Assembly (NCBI GenBank): GCA_031280685.1
Contig: JAITGM010000016.1
Coordinates: 1,665 to 65,664 of the forward strand
Length of the DNA stretch: 64,000 bases
DNA from: Christensenellaceae bacterium
Lineage (GTDB): Bacteria > Bacillota > Clostridia > Christensenellales > UBA1750
Direction: 5' to 3'
In this document: piece by piece, positions 54,631 through 63,764 of the stretch
Numbering within the stretch: position 1 is the stretch's first letter
Layout of the letters: each line of letters opens with the position of its first letter
The notes under the pieces: model-generated
What the model saw: only the letters and a program-made list of their open reading frames with translations
The model's database searches: none
Told to the model about the DNA's origin: nothing
Position numbers and translations under genes: made by a program

Positions 54631-56217
54631 TCAGCCCTGGGCCGCAGCGCGAACCGCCTCGCGGCTGAAGGGGTTAGGCAGGCCGGCCTTTACGGCCTCC
54701 CCGATCGGGCTTGCGTAGTTATAAACCGTGAACATTCCCTGCAAAACCGCCTTGGCCTCCTCCGGCCTGCTTTCGGCCAGAAGGCCGAGCTGCAGGGCCG
54801 TCAGGCTGCCCAGAAGCTCGCCTGCCGAGTCCGCAAGGCCAAGCCGCACATCGTCGAGGGCGAAAAGCTCCTCCAGGCTGAGCGGAAGGCCGTATTGGGC
54901 CGAAAGCTCCTCGCAGAGCGCGCGCAACTCCTCCGCGTTCCAGTCTTCGCCCTTGCCATATAGGGCGGTCAGCAGCGCATAGCGCTGTGCGCCGCACAGC
55001 GCGTGCCCAAGCAGCAGCGCGTGCAGCTCCGCCTTCGCCCGCGGCGCTTCCTCGCCGCCAAACAGGGCGTCCATCTCCGCGCCGCAAAGGGCGGCGAAGC
55101 TCAGCTGCTGGGCCGCGTCCGCCATCTTCGCCTGGCCCACGCTCCACTGCGCTTCGGGCAGGGCCATGTCGCGCCCCATCGCGCCGAGCAGCCGGAAGAG
55201 GTTCAGCAGATCCCCCGAATCCCCGGCCAAATAGGCCTTGCCGATCGAGAGATCGTATTGATACAGCGCATACGAAAAGCTTCGCGCGCTGCCACCTTCC
55301 GGCAGCGGCTCAAGCTGCAGCAGGCCGTTTTGCAGGCAATAGTTCAGGTCGTTTTCAAGCGCCGGGAAGCGCGCGAAAAGGCTTGGCAAGGCGCCCTTCC
55401 AGCCATCCGCGTCCAAGGTTTCCGCGCCCTCGAACCGGGGGCTGAATTCGCCGCCCACAGCGGGCGCCAGGTAAGCTGGCAGCAGCTCTTCGCGCGCAAG
55501 TGCCGCCAGGCTGAGCAGGTCGCCCGCCGAATAGGGCACACTGTCGCGCTTTGTCAGGCAATAGTCGATAAAGCCCGCGCAGCCCATGGCCCTGGCCAGA
55601 TCCCCGCGCAGCCGCAACTGACTATTGAGCTCGGCCAGCAATTCCTCTTCGCCCGCGCCACGATCAAGCAGCGCGAGGTAGCGATCGCGCCCGTCATAAA
55701 GCTGGCGGGTCAGCTCCTGCCCTTCGGCGCTGCCTGATGGATGGGCGGCGCGCACGCGCTCAGGCGTGACCGAGCCGCCCGACTGCCGACGCAGCAAATC
55801 ACCGCCGACCGGTGAAGCCAGCACGGCGCTCCAGGCCTTTTGCTCGTAGTTCGTCAAAAAGTCGCTCATCAAATTGTTCATGTCTTCGGAATACATCTCG
55901 ATGCTCACGCCTGCGCTCGCGTAAAAGTTGGCCAGGTTATACGGCCCCATCACATACACGAAGGCGATGTGCAGAAGCTCGTCATAGGCGGCCTGCATCT
56001 CTTCCGCCGTCTTGGCGTTCTCGATGCGCTCGAGGCGCTCGTTGAACTCCAGCGCCACGGCCGCCCTCTGCGGGAAATCCGGATAGAGCTCTGCGCCGTC
56101 GATTGCGCTCGGCCGCGCGCCGGAGGGCGTTCCCTCCAAGCTGCCCGCTGCGCAGCCGCAAAGCAGGAGCAAACAGGCGCAGAGCGACGCGGCAAGCCAT
56201 CTTTTCATTCTTCTCAT
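54631..56217 (-). CDS. Hypothetical lipoprotein (528 aa), translationally coupled to hisC
   Basis: Signal peptide with lipobox (LLLCGC|AAGS). The body is largely helical and no HEXXH or other catalytic motif was seen. The start ATG overlaps the hisC stop (TAATG). Confidence 0.65.
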   Translation of the reverse strand: MRRMKRWLAASLCACLLLLCGCAAGSLEGTPSGARPSAIDGAELYPDFPQRAAVALEFNERLERIENAKTAEEMQAAYDELLHIAFVYVMGPYNLANFYASAGVSIEMYSEDMNNLMSDFLTNYEQKAWSAVLASPVGGDLLRRQSGGSVTPERVRAAHPSGSAEGQELTRQLYDGRDRYLALLDRGAGEEELLAELNSQLRLRGDLARAMGCAGFIDYCLTKRDSVPYSAGDLLSLAALAREELLPAYLAPAVGGEFSPRFEGAETLDADGWKGALPSLFARFPALENDLNYCLQNGLLQLEPLPEGGSARSFSYALYQYDLSIGKAYLAGDSGDLLNLFRLLGAMGRDMALPEAQWSVGQAKMADAAQQLSFAALCGAEMDALFGGEEAPRAKAELHALLLGHALCGAQRYALLTALYGKGEDWNAEELRALCEELSAQYGLPLSLEELFALDDVRLGLADSAGELLGSLTALQLGLLAESRPEEAKAVLQGMFTVYNYASPIGEAVKAGLPNPFSREAVRAAAQG

Positions 56218-57290
56218 TAAGGCTTCCCTCCTCCGCCCAAGATCTCGTCCAGCGCGCGCAGCATGGCCGCCATTTCCTCGCGCGTGCCGACGCTGATGCG
56301 CAAATATTCCTCAATGCCTGGCCTTGCAAAGCGCCTAACAAGGATGCGCCGCTTTTTCAGCTCGTCATACAGCCAAGCGCCCTCTCTTTCGCCATGCCGC
56401 AAGAAGAGGAAGTTCGTCTTGGAATTCTGCCCGGTAAAGCCGCGCTTGAGCGCCTCGCCATAGAACCAATCCCGCGTCGCCACGATCTTTTCTATGCAGG
56501 CCTTGGTGTAGGCCCCATCTTCAATGGCGGCCGTCGCGGCCGCGATGGCCAATCGGTCGAGAGGGTAGGAATTAAAGCTGTCTTTCACGCGGCGCAGGCC
56601 GTCGATGAGCCCCTTTTCGCCCAGCGCGTAGCCCACGCGCAGCCCGGCCAGGGAATGATCCTTCGAGAGGGTGCGCACCACGAGCAGGTTGGGGAATTCC
56701 TCAATCAGCGGGCGCGCGCTCTCGCCCCCGAAGGCGGTATAGGCTTCGTCCACAACGAGCACTTCGCCGCGCGCCAGCAAGGCTGCGGCCAGCCTTCGCA
56801 CGGCGGTCAGGGGCAAGGCCCTGCCACTAGGCGCATTCGGGTTAGCCAGCACCACGCCGCCGCCGGCCAGCAGCGCCTCGGGGTCGATCTCAAGGCCATC
56901 GTCCCCCTTCATCGGCGCGGTGCCATAGGGCACGGAGAAGAGCTGCGCGAACGATGGGTAGAACGAATAGCTGAGCGCCGGGAAGCGCACGGGGCGCCCC
57001 TCACCGAAAAACGCGGGGAAGCAGAGCGACAAAACCTCGTCCGATCCATTGCCCGCGAAGACGTTTTCGGGCTTTAACCCTTCGATTTTGGCTACGGCCA
57101 GGAGGAAGCGCTCGGCATTGATCTCCGGGTAGAGCCGCAGGTTTTCGATTTCGCCCAAAATCGCCCCTTCTACCGCCCTTGAGGGCGGGTAGGGGTTTTC
57201 GTTGGTGTTGAGCTTGATCATCGAACCGGGGGGCGGTTGCTCCCCGGGCACGTAGGGCTCGATAGCCCGAATCTTCTCGCTCAAAAACAT
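56217..57290 (-). CDS. hisC: Histidinol-phosphate aminotransferase
   Basis: Start re-set to MFLSEKIRAIEPYVPGEQ, preceded by AAGGAGGA. NTNENPYPPS and the PLP-lysine region (RTLSKDHSLAGLRVGY) are present. Confidence 0.9.
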   Translation of the reverse strand: MFLSEKIRAIEPYVPGEQPPPGSMIKLNTNENPYPPSRAVEGAILGEIENLRLYPEINAERFLLAVAKIEGLKPENVFAGNGSDEVLSLCFPAFFGEGRPVRFPALSYSFYPSFAQLFSVPYGTAPMKGDDGLEIDPEALLAGGGVVLANPNAPSGRALPLTAVRRLAAALLARGEVLVVDEAYTAFGGESARPLIEEFPNLLVVRTLSKDHSLAGLRVGYALGEKGLIDGLRRVKDSFNSYPLDRLAIAAATAAIEDGAYTKACIEKIVATRDWFYGEALKRGFTGQNSKTNFLFLRHGEREGAWLYDELKKRRILVRRFARPGIEEYLRISVGTREEMAAMLRALDEILGGGGKP

Positions 57291-57633
57291 GGCGTTCCTC
57301 CTTGATTTTGCGGTTGCGCGCTCCTTGCGTCGCGCGCCTGAACAAATCGCCTCGCTGCCGCTCGGCGAGAACGGGCGCGCTCGACGCATCTCGCGCGCCT
57401 AAGGGCGGGCGCCGCGCTCCGCGCGGCCGCTCGCTGCGGCCCAGCCGCAGCGAGCCCCGGAGCAAAGCTCCGGGCCCGCCCCACGAGGCTGCGAGCCGAG
57501 CGGCTTCGCAAACTTGATGCCCTTCCTGCCCATGGCTGCGTTTTGGGCCGCACCATGGCCTTCCTAGAACTTGTTTCCGGCCAACAACCGCCCCCGCTCG
57601 CTTAAATTCCGCCCACGGGCGACGGTTTCGTTG

Positions 57634-57669
57634 AAAAATGCCCCACCTGCAAGGCTCCGCGTGGGCAAA
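57634..57669 (-). terminator. Rho-independent terminator after the MazG-like gene
   Basis: On the minus strand: TTTGCCCAC-gcggagccttgcag-GTGGGGCA, followed by TTTTTC. Confidence 0.5.
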
Positions 57670-57748
57670 GCATACTGCGGCATACCCCTGGGGGAGCGCG
57701 AGAGGGCTGCCCCCTCGCCGGGATGTTCCATCAACCTTCCTTCTTCAC

Positions 57749-58063
57749 CTATCCTCTTCCAATAAGGATGCGCCCCAAAAGCGCGCCGTTGCTTCGCGCC
57801 TTTTCTGCCCTGCGCAGCTTGAGTTCCCCCTCGCTTCGCCCAATCGCGGCGGCCAGCACGCGGCAAAGCCCGACGATGTCGCCAAGCCCGTCCAGCTCGC
57901 CGCTCTTGAGGAACTTCGCTGCCTCTTCCATGAGCTTACGTCGAAGCTCTTCCAGCGTTTCTTCGGCCGAAAGCACCCTGCTTATAGGCCCTCCGCCGTT
58001 CCCTTCCATGATCTGCGGGATTCGATCACGAGCGAGCTTGCGGCAGCTTCGCATTTTGAACAT
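57749..58063 (-). CDS. MazG-like/HisE-like nucleoside triphosphate pyrophosphohydrolase (small all-alpha NTP-PPase)
   Basis: 104-aa ORF. KLARDRIPQIMEGNGG...ELRRKLMEEAAKFL...LDGLGDIVGLCRVLAAAIG matches the KLVRDKIPEII... pattern of predicted house-cleaning NTP pyrophosphatases. Confidence 0.65.
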   Translation of the reverse strand: MFKMRSCRKLARDRIPQIMEGNGGGPISRVLSAEETLEELRRKLMEEAAKFLKSGELDGLGDIVGLCRVLAAAIGRSEGELKLRRAEKARSNGALLGRILIGRG

Positions 58064-58087
58064 CCCCTTTTCTCTTTCGTCAAAACG

Positions 58088-58096
58088 TGCTACAAT
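58088..58096 (+). promoter_or_regulatory. Extended -10 promoter (TGcTACAAT) for the THF riboswitch-folT transcript
   Basis: cgTGcTACAATtcagtcactatcatgtt, followed directly by the riboswitch P1. Confidence 0.5.
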
Positions 58097-58111
58097 TCAG
58101 TCACTATCATG

Positions 58112-58213
58112 TTCAGAGTAGAGGGCCGCGCGTTAAGTGCCTGCGGGACGGGGAGTTGCCCGCGGGACGAAGAGCCGGAAGGCTTGCGGTGCGCCCCTCG
58201 CATCCCGCTGTTG
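58112..58213 (+). promoter_or_regulatory. THF (tetrahydrofolate) riboswitch, THF-I class
   Basis: CAGAGTAG-AGGGCCGCGCGTTAAGTGCCTGCGGGACGGGGAGTTGCCCGCGGGACGAAGAGCCGGAAGGCTTGCGGTGCGCCCCTCGCATCCCGCTG. It carries the conserved blocks AGAGUAG, CGCGUUAAGUG, GGGA.GU.G, ACGAAG, GCGGUG and GCAUCC.GCU. P1 is CAGAG/CGCTG. It lies upstream of a folT-type ECF S component, the canonical context. Confidence 0.85.
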
Positions 58214-58283
58214 CATGGGTGGCAAACCACTTTTATTGCACGGTACCGTGATAGCAGGTATTTTGTAAAGGAGTGGTGTTTTT

Positions 58284-58919
58284 ATGCCCAAAACCGGTGC
58301 GTTTCGCGGCCTGCGCGCCTTTTTCCTCCGCCTTTGGCGGGGCGACCCTCTGCCAAAGGCCCCAAGTCCTCGCGAGTTCTTTTCGCCCATGGGCGTATTC
58401 GGCCCGCGTCATCTCGCGCTGCTCGGGCTTATGGCCGCGCTTTCGGCCGTGCTCAGCCGCTTTACGGTTCCGCTGGCGCAAAACCTGGTGCTGCTGCGCT
58501 TTAACTACCTGCCGGAGTTCCTCGTGGGCATGCTCCTGGGCCCCTGGGCCGCGCTGCTCTTCGGCGCCGTGGCCGATACGGTTTCCTTCCTTTCAAACCC
58601 CGTCGGGGCCTATTTCCCCGGCTATGCCCTGAGCGAAATGCTGGCCTCTTTTATCTATGCCTGCTTCTTTTACCGGCGCCCGGTTTCGTTTTGGCGCGCC
58701 CTCCTAGCCCGAGCGAGCTACATCGCCCTGATCGCCTTCGGGCTGAACTACCTTTGGGATTTCCTCCTGAGCGGCAGGCCGGCCGCGAGCTTTTTCACGG
58801 GCTTTCGGCTGCTGAATAACCTCATCCAGCTACCCTTCCACGCGCTGCTGATGACCTTGATCGGCCTTCAGGCGCGGAAGGTCTATTCGCGGCTCTTCGC
58901 GCCCCGGCCCGGGGCCTAA
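58284..58919 (+). CDS. folT: Folate-family ECF transporter S component
   Basis: 211-aa membrane protein (…RFNYLPEFLVGMLLGPWAALLFGAVADTVSFL…) preceded by AAAGGAG and a THF riboswitch. Confidence 0.85.
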   Translation: MPKTGAFRGLRAFFLRLWRGDPLPKAPSPREFFSPMGVFGPRHLALLGLMAALSAVLSRFTVPLAQNLVLLRFNYLPEFLVGMLLGPWAALLFGAVADTVSFLSNPVGAYFPGYALSEMLASFIYACFFYRRPVSFWRALLARASYIALIAFGLNYLWDFLLSGRPAASFFTGFRLLNNLIQLPFHALLMTLIGLQARKVYSRLFAPRPGA

Positions 58920-60517
58920 AAGCCAATCACGCTGCCGTCGGCCCTCGGCTCCGTCGCGCCGGCCAGGCTGCCCCGCCCGGTGCTTAAGATGATCTGCCCC
59001 CGTCCGTAGCCACCATTGGCCAAAACGCTGATTTGGTGCCCGCGCCGCTCGAGCGCGGCGACGGTTGCCGGGTTAAAGCCCGGCTCCATGTTAAAGCGCA
59101 GCCCCTCCGTCCAGCAAAAGCGGGGCGCGTCCAGCGCGGCCTGGGGATTTTGGCAAAAGTCGATCAGGTTCATGGCCACCTGGGTGTGCGCCTGGGGCTG
59201 CATATAGCCGCCCATGATGCCAAAGGGCCCCAGCGGTTCCTCCCCCTTGGTGAGGAAGGCCGGGATGATGGTGTGGTAAGGGTACTTCCGCGGGGCGGCC
59301 AGGTTTGCGTGGCCCTCCCGCATCGAGAAGCAGGCGCCGCGATCCTGCAGCGCCACGCCGGTGCCGGGCACCGTCACCCGCGAGCCGAAGCCCTGATACA
59401 GGCTCTGGATCATCGAGATCATATTGCCCTCGCCGTCCGCCGCGCAAAAATACACGGTGTCGCCCTTTGAGGGGCTGCCAAAGGCGTATTCCTTCGCCGT
59501 TTCGCCGATCAGCGCGGCCCTATTTTGGGCGTATTCCTTCGAAAGCAACGCCTTGGGCGAAAGGCGCATGAAGGCGGGATCCGCGACGTAGTTGAGGGCG
59601 TCCGCAAAAGCGAGCTTGATAGCCTCCATCTGCAAATGCAGGCTCTCCTCGCTCTGCGGGCCGGAAACGGGCAGGTTTTCGAGGATGTTCAGCGCCACCA
59701 GGGCGGTCAGCCCCTGGCCGTTGGGCGGCAGCTCCCACACATCCACGCCCTTGTAGTTCACGCGCAGGGGATCGACCCAGCGCGCCTCGTAAGCGGCCAG
59801 ATCGCCGGCGCGCAGCCAGCCGCCGGTCTTCTTTGCGAAGGCGTCGATCAACTCCGCAGTCTGCCCCGCGTAAAAATCCTCGGCGTTCGTCTTGGCGATG
59901 CGCGAAAGCGTTTGACCAAGCTCGGGCAGGGCGTAGATGTCGCCCGCGCGGAAGCGCTTGCCGCCCGGGTTGAAGGCGTGAAGCCAGCCGCCGACTTCCG
60001 GCAGCCCGCTCTTTTCGATCTGGGCGGTCATGCCGTTTAAAATCGGCGCGTTATCGGGCGAGAGGGCATAGCCCTTGGCCAGCTCCAGCGCCGGGGCGAA
60101 GCACTCTTCAAGAGAAAGCTTCGAAAATCTGCGGTTCAGTTCCGCCCAGCCCTTCGGCGCGCCGGGCACCGTCACCGGCAGCCAGCCGGCGAAGGGCAGC
60201 GCCGCATGGCCCTGCCTTTTCACCTCATCCAAATCAAAGAGCGCGGGCGAAAAGCCGCTGGAGTTCAGCCCATAGAGCTTGCCCTTCTGGCTGATGATGG
60301 CAAAGCAGTCCCCGCCGGGGCCGTTATTGGCCGGATCCACCACCGTCAGCGCCGCAGCGATGGCCAGCGCCGCGTCTACGGCGTTGCCGCCGCGCCGCAG
60401 CACCGTAAGGCCAGCCTGCGTGGCCAGCGGGTGCGACGAAGCGCAAAGCCCCCTGCTTGCGTAAACGAGGTTTCGCTTCGAGGGATAGGGATAATACGCG
60501 GGATCATAGTTCAGCAA
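58916..60517 (-). CDS. ggt: Gamma-glutamyltransferase family protein
   Basis: 533-aa ORF with GGNAVDAALA, GPGGDCF and the autoprocessing Thr region (KGDTVYF). Confidence 0.85.
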   Translation of the reverse strand: MLNYDPAYYPYPSKRNLVYASRGLCASSHPLATQAGLTVLRRGGNAVDAALAIAAALTVVDPANNGPGGDCFAIISQKGKLYGLNSSGFSPALFDLDEVKRQGHAALPFAGWLPVTVPGAPKGWAELNRRFSKLSLEECFAPALELAKGYALSPDNAPILNGMTAQIEKSGLPEVGGWLHAFNPGGKRFRAGDIYALPELGQTLSRIAKTNAEDFYAGQTAELIDAFAKKTGGWLRAGDLAAYEARWVDPLRVNYKGVDVWELPPNGQGLTALVALNILENLPVSGPQSEESLHLQMEAIKLAFADALNYVADPAFMRLSPKALLSKEYAQNRAALIGETAKEYAFGSPSKGDTVYFCAADGEGNMISMIQSLYQGFGSRVTVPGTGVALQDRGACFSMREGHANLAAPRKYPYHTIIPAFLTKGEEPLGPFGIMGGYMQPQAHTQVAMNLIDFCQNPQAALDAPRFCWTEGLRFNMEPGFNPATVAALERRGHQISVLANGGYGRGQIILSTGRGSLAGATEPRADGSVIGF

Positions 60518-60559
60518 CGAAAACGCCCCCCTTCTTCCTTAGTTTTTTTCGTTTTGCCC

Positions 60560-62470
60560 CTAGCTCTGCAGGCCTTCCCACTCGCCATAGAGCGTTTCGA
60601 TCTCTATTTTCAGCTCCGCATAGCGCTTATTCAGGCGCTGGGCGGAGCCCGGATCCTTATATAGCTCGGGGTCCGAAAGCTCGATCTCGATCTTCGTCAT
60701 CTTCTCTTCCCTCTCGGCGATTCTGCTTTCCACATTCATCAGCAGCGCGCGCTGCTTTTGGGCCGCCTCGCGCGCAAAGCGCGCGAGGCGCTTTTCCTCG
60801 CGCTGGGCGGTCTTGGTCTTTTGGGGAAGCTCTTCTTCCTCACCCTGGGCCGCCAGGATGCTCAGCTTCTCTAAATAATCGTCGTAATTGCCCAAGTACT
60901 CGGTCACGCCGCCGTTTTCCATCACCAAAACCTTGGTGGCGACCCGGTTGATGAAGTACCGGTCGTGCGAAACGGTTAAAATCGTGCCGGCGAAATCGTC
61001 CAGGGCGTTCTCTAAAACCTCGCAGGAGTCCATGTCCAGATGGTTGGTGGGTTCATCCAGGATGAGGAAGTTATCTTGCCTGATCATCAGCTTGGTCATC
61101 AAAACCCGGCCTCTTTCGCCGCCCGAAAGCGCGGAAACCGGGGCGAAAACGTCGTCCCCGCTGAAGAGGAAAAGCCCCAGGGCGTTCCTGACCTCGGTCT
61201 GTTCCATGCGGGGGAACTCGTCCCAAATCTCGTCGAGCACGGTCTTTTCCATGTGCAGGCCCTGCTGCTGCTGGTCGTAATAGCCAATCTGCACGCCGCT
61301 GCCCAGACGGAACGCGCCGCCGTCGGGCGCCTCAAGGCCGCAGAGCATGCGCAGCAGCGTGGTCTTGCCGATGCCGTTAGGCCCGAGCAACGCGATGCGT
61401 TCGCCCGCCCGAATGTGCAGGTCGATCCCCTCAAAAAGCGTCCTGCCGCCATAGGCCTTTGAAAGCCCTTCGGCCAGCAGCACGTCCTGCCCGGTGCCGC
61501 GCCCGGCGGTGAAACGGAAAAAAACGTTGTGCTCCTCGACGGGCCTTTCTTTTAGTTCCATCTTGGCGAGCCGTTTTTCGCGGGATTTGGCCTTGACGAA
61601 GGCTGCCTCGCGGTTGAAGGAGCGATACATCGCGATGATGCGCTTTTCGCGCTCAATCTCCTTTTGCTGGAGGGTATATTCCTTCATGCGCCGCTCCATG
61701 ACCTCGGCGCGCTGGCTCAAATAGCGGGTGTAGTTGCCCGAATACTGCTCGATCCGCCCAAAAGACAGCTCGGCGATGGAATTGCAGAGCGCGTCGAGGA
61801 AGTATCTATCGTGTGAAACGACTAAGACGGCGCCCTTGAAGGCCTTTAAATAGTCCTCCAGCCACTTGGTCGAATCCAGGTCCAGGTGGTTGGTGGGCTC
61901 GTCGAGCAAAAGCAGGTCGTTTTCGCTCAAGAGCAGCTTGCCCAGCTTCAGTCTCGTCCTTTCGCCACCCGAAAGGGAGGAAACCGCCTGGCCATAGCGC
62001 TCCTTGCCAAAGCCAAGGCCCGTCAAAACGCCCTGCAGGCGCGAATTCCAGCCGTAGCCGCCAGCCTCCTCAAAGCGGTCGGTCAGTCTGGCGTATTCCT
62101 CGCCCAGCTTCAAAAAGGCGGCGTCGCCCTCCGCGTGGGCGCCGCCCATCTGCTCCTCCAGCTCGCGCAACCGCTTTTCCATCCCGAAAAGCGGCTCAAA
62201 AACCGTCTTGAGCTCCTCGTAGACGCCCAATGGAGAGCTTAAATCGTCGAGCTGGCTGTGGTAGCCCATGCGCAGCCCGCGCGCGGCCTGCATCTGGCCG
62301 CCGTCCATGCCAAGTTCCCCGCAGAGCATGCGCAGCAACGTGGTCTTGCCCGAGCCGTTGCTGCCGACCAGGCCCACGCGGTCCCTCTCTTGCACGGTGA
62401 GGTTGACGCCCTTCAGGATCTCTTCCGCGCCAAAGGCCTTCGTCAGGCCGCTAAGCTGCAATATGATCAT
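60560..62470 (-). CDS. ABC-F family ATPase (Uup/YdiF-like; two ABC domains plus a C-terminal coiled coil)
   Basis: 636-aa ORF with two Walker A motifs (GSNGSGKTT, GPNGIGKTT), two LSGGE signatures, no TM domain and a C-terminal helical extension. Confidence 0.9.
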   Translation of the reverse strand: MIILQLSGLTKAFGAEEILKGVNLTVQERDRVGLVGSNGSGKTTLLRMLCGELGMDGGQMQAARGLRMGYHSQLDDLSSPLGVYEELKTVFEPLFGMEKRLRELEEQMGGAHAEGDAAFLKLGEEYARLTDRFEEAGGYGWNSRLQGVLTGLGFGKERYGQAVSSLSGGERTRLKLGKLLLSENDLLLLDEPTNHLDLDSTKWLEDYLKAFKGAVLVVSHDRYFLDALCNSIAELSFGRIEQYSGNYTRYLSQRAEVMERRMKEYTLQQKEIEREKRIIAMYRSFNREAAFVKAKSREKRLAKMELKERPVEEHNVFFRFTAGRGTGQDVLLAEGLSKAYGGRTLFEGIDLHIRAGERIALLGPNGIGKTTLLRMLCGLEAPDGGAFRLGSGVQIGYYDQQQQGLHMEKTVLDEIWDEFPRMEQTEVRNALGLFLFSGDDVFAPVSALSGGERGRVLMTKLMIRQDNFLILDEPTNHLDMDSCEVLENALDDFAGTILTVSHDRYFINRVATKVLVMENGGVTEYLGNYDDYLEKLSILAAQGEEEELPQKTKTAQREEKRLARFAREAAQKQRALLMNVESRIAEREEKMTKIEIELSDPELYKDPGSAQRLNKRYAELKIEIETLYGEWEGLQS

Positions 62471-62636
62471 CGCTTTTGCACCATAACCTTTGGGTTTAGG
62501 CGCCTTTCGGCTCCATCGCCTATTTTAGCATAGGCGTGGCCCGCTGGCTAGCTCGGCCTTGCGAAAAGGCCGCAAATATGATAAAAAGGAAGCAAAATCA
62601 AAGAGTTTTTGCTCGTTTTTGAGGGGAGGCACGGCG

Positions 62637-63482
62637 ATGTTCAGCGTTGTGATCGCGGACGACAACATTCAGAACCGCGAAGGGCTCGCCGCCCAGGTCA
62701 ACTGGCGGCACCACGGCGTGGAACGGGTTCTCACCGCGCAAAACGGCGCGGAGGGCCTTGCGCTGATCCTCGCGCACCGGCCGTTCCTGGCGCTCGTGGA
62801 TGTGGAGATGCCCCTGATGAACGGCCTTGAGATGGTGGGCAAGGCCCAGGCGCAGTCCGCGGAAACGCACTTCGTCTTCATCTCGTCGTTTGACAAGGCG
62901 GAATATATCCGCTCTGCGCTGCGCCTTGGTGCCATCGACTATATCTATAAGCCCATCGACTTTGTGGAACTTGAAGCGCTGATCGACCGCGTCGTCGCGT
63001 CCCACCGGGCCAGGCAGCAGGAAATCCGGCAGATTCAATCCTACTTGGGGGCGGACGAAGCCCTGCCTCGGGCGATCTTCCCCCTGCTGCAGGGCCTGCG
63101 CAAGGAGCTCAGCTCCCGTTTTGGCGCGGAGCGCCTCATGGGCGACGGCCAGCAGACCGCGCTGGTCGAGCACATCATCCACGAGATCGACCAGAGCTAT
63201 ATGCGCAGCGTAAGCGTGGGCGATCTGCTTTCAGGCCTCTACGTTTCAGAAAATCACGCAAACCGCATCTTTAAGAAGGCTACCGGCCAGAGCATCTACT
63301 CCTTTTTGCAGCGCAAGCGCATCTACGAAGCCCAACGGCTCCTTCTCGGCTCCAGGCTCAAGATCCATGAGATCGCGGAGCGCGTGGGCTTCAACGACGC
63401 TTCGCACTTTTCGGCGGTCTTCAAATCCCTGACGGGCTATGCCCCCAAGGAGTACGTTGCCCGCTTCAAGAGCAGGGAATAG
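62637..63482 (+). CDS. Response regulator with AraC-type HTH output (YesN-like)
   Basis: Start re-set to MFSVVIADDN, preceded by GAGGGGAGG. Receiver domain with acceptor Asp (LALVDVEMP). C-terminal AraC HTH (…IHEIAERVGFNDASHFSAVFKSLTGYAPKEY). Confidence 0.85.
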   Translation: MFSVVIADDNIQNREGLAAQVNWRHHGVERVLTAQNGAEGLALILAHRPFLALVDVEMPLMNGLEMVGKAQAQSAETHFVFISSFDKAEYIRSALRLGAIDYIYKPIDFVELEALIDRVVASHRARQQEIRQIQSYLGADEALPRAIFPLLQGLRKELSSRFGAERLMGDGQQTALVEHIIHEIDQSYMRSVSVGDLLSGLYVSENHANRIFKKATGQSIYSFLQRKRIYEAQRLLLGSRLKIHEIAERVGFNDASHFSAVFKSLTGYAPKEYVARFKSRE

Positions 63483-63515
63483 CGCAAGGTTCGAGGTTGA
63501 GGGCTCTTACCCGGC

Positions 63516-63544
63516 TTGACCCTTTCCCAAAAACAGAATATATT
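63516..63544 (+). promoter_or_regulatory. Sigma-A type promoter upstream of the terminal lipoprotein-like ORF
   Basis: TTGACC, a 17-nt spacer, then TATATT. A small hairpin (GTTGG/CCAAC), AAAGGAG and the ATG at 63595 follow. Confidence 0.5.
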
Positions 63545-63594
63545 GTATTTGTTTTATAACCCGTTGGCTCGACCAACGAAAGGAGCAAGGACTT

Positions 63595-63764
63595 ATGCAA
63601 AGGGTTCTTACCCTCTTATGCTATGCGCCGTGTGCCTACTCTTCGTCCTGACCACCTGCGACGGCGGCGCCAAGACCGCCGGCGGCCCTCTCCAGGCGAG
63701 CGGCCTCGCCGGAAACTGGAAGATCAGCTCCGCTCTCATCAATGGCAGGGCCGTCATCAACTAG
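63595..63764 (+). pseudogene. Frameshifted small lipoprotein-like ORF (possible decayed lipocalin-like lipoprotein gene)
   Basis: The ATG at 63595, with good promoter and SD, opens only 18 codons (MQRVLTLLCYAPCAYSSS*). A lipoprotein-type signal and mature start (MLCAVCLLFVLTTC|DGGAKT...GNWKISSALINGRAVIN*) lies in another frame, from 63618 to 63764. Coding-like sequence continues in a third frame to the window end. Confidence 0.35.

Noticed and set aside
57291-57560. T-box leader upstream of hisC
   Set aside because: There is no T-box sequence (…GGUGGUACCGCG…), AG bulge or specifier-loop architecture, only generic GC hairpins.
57564-57866. 100-aa minus-strand ORF downstream of the MazG-like gene
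   Set aside because: It overlaps the 3' end of the MazG-like CDS and its terminator, has a basic low-complexity composition, and has no RBS.
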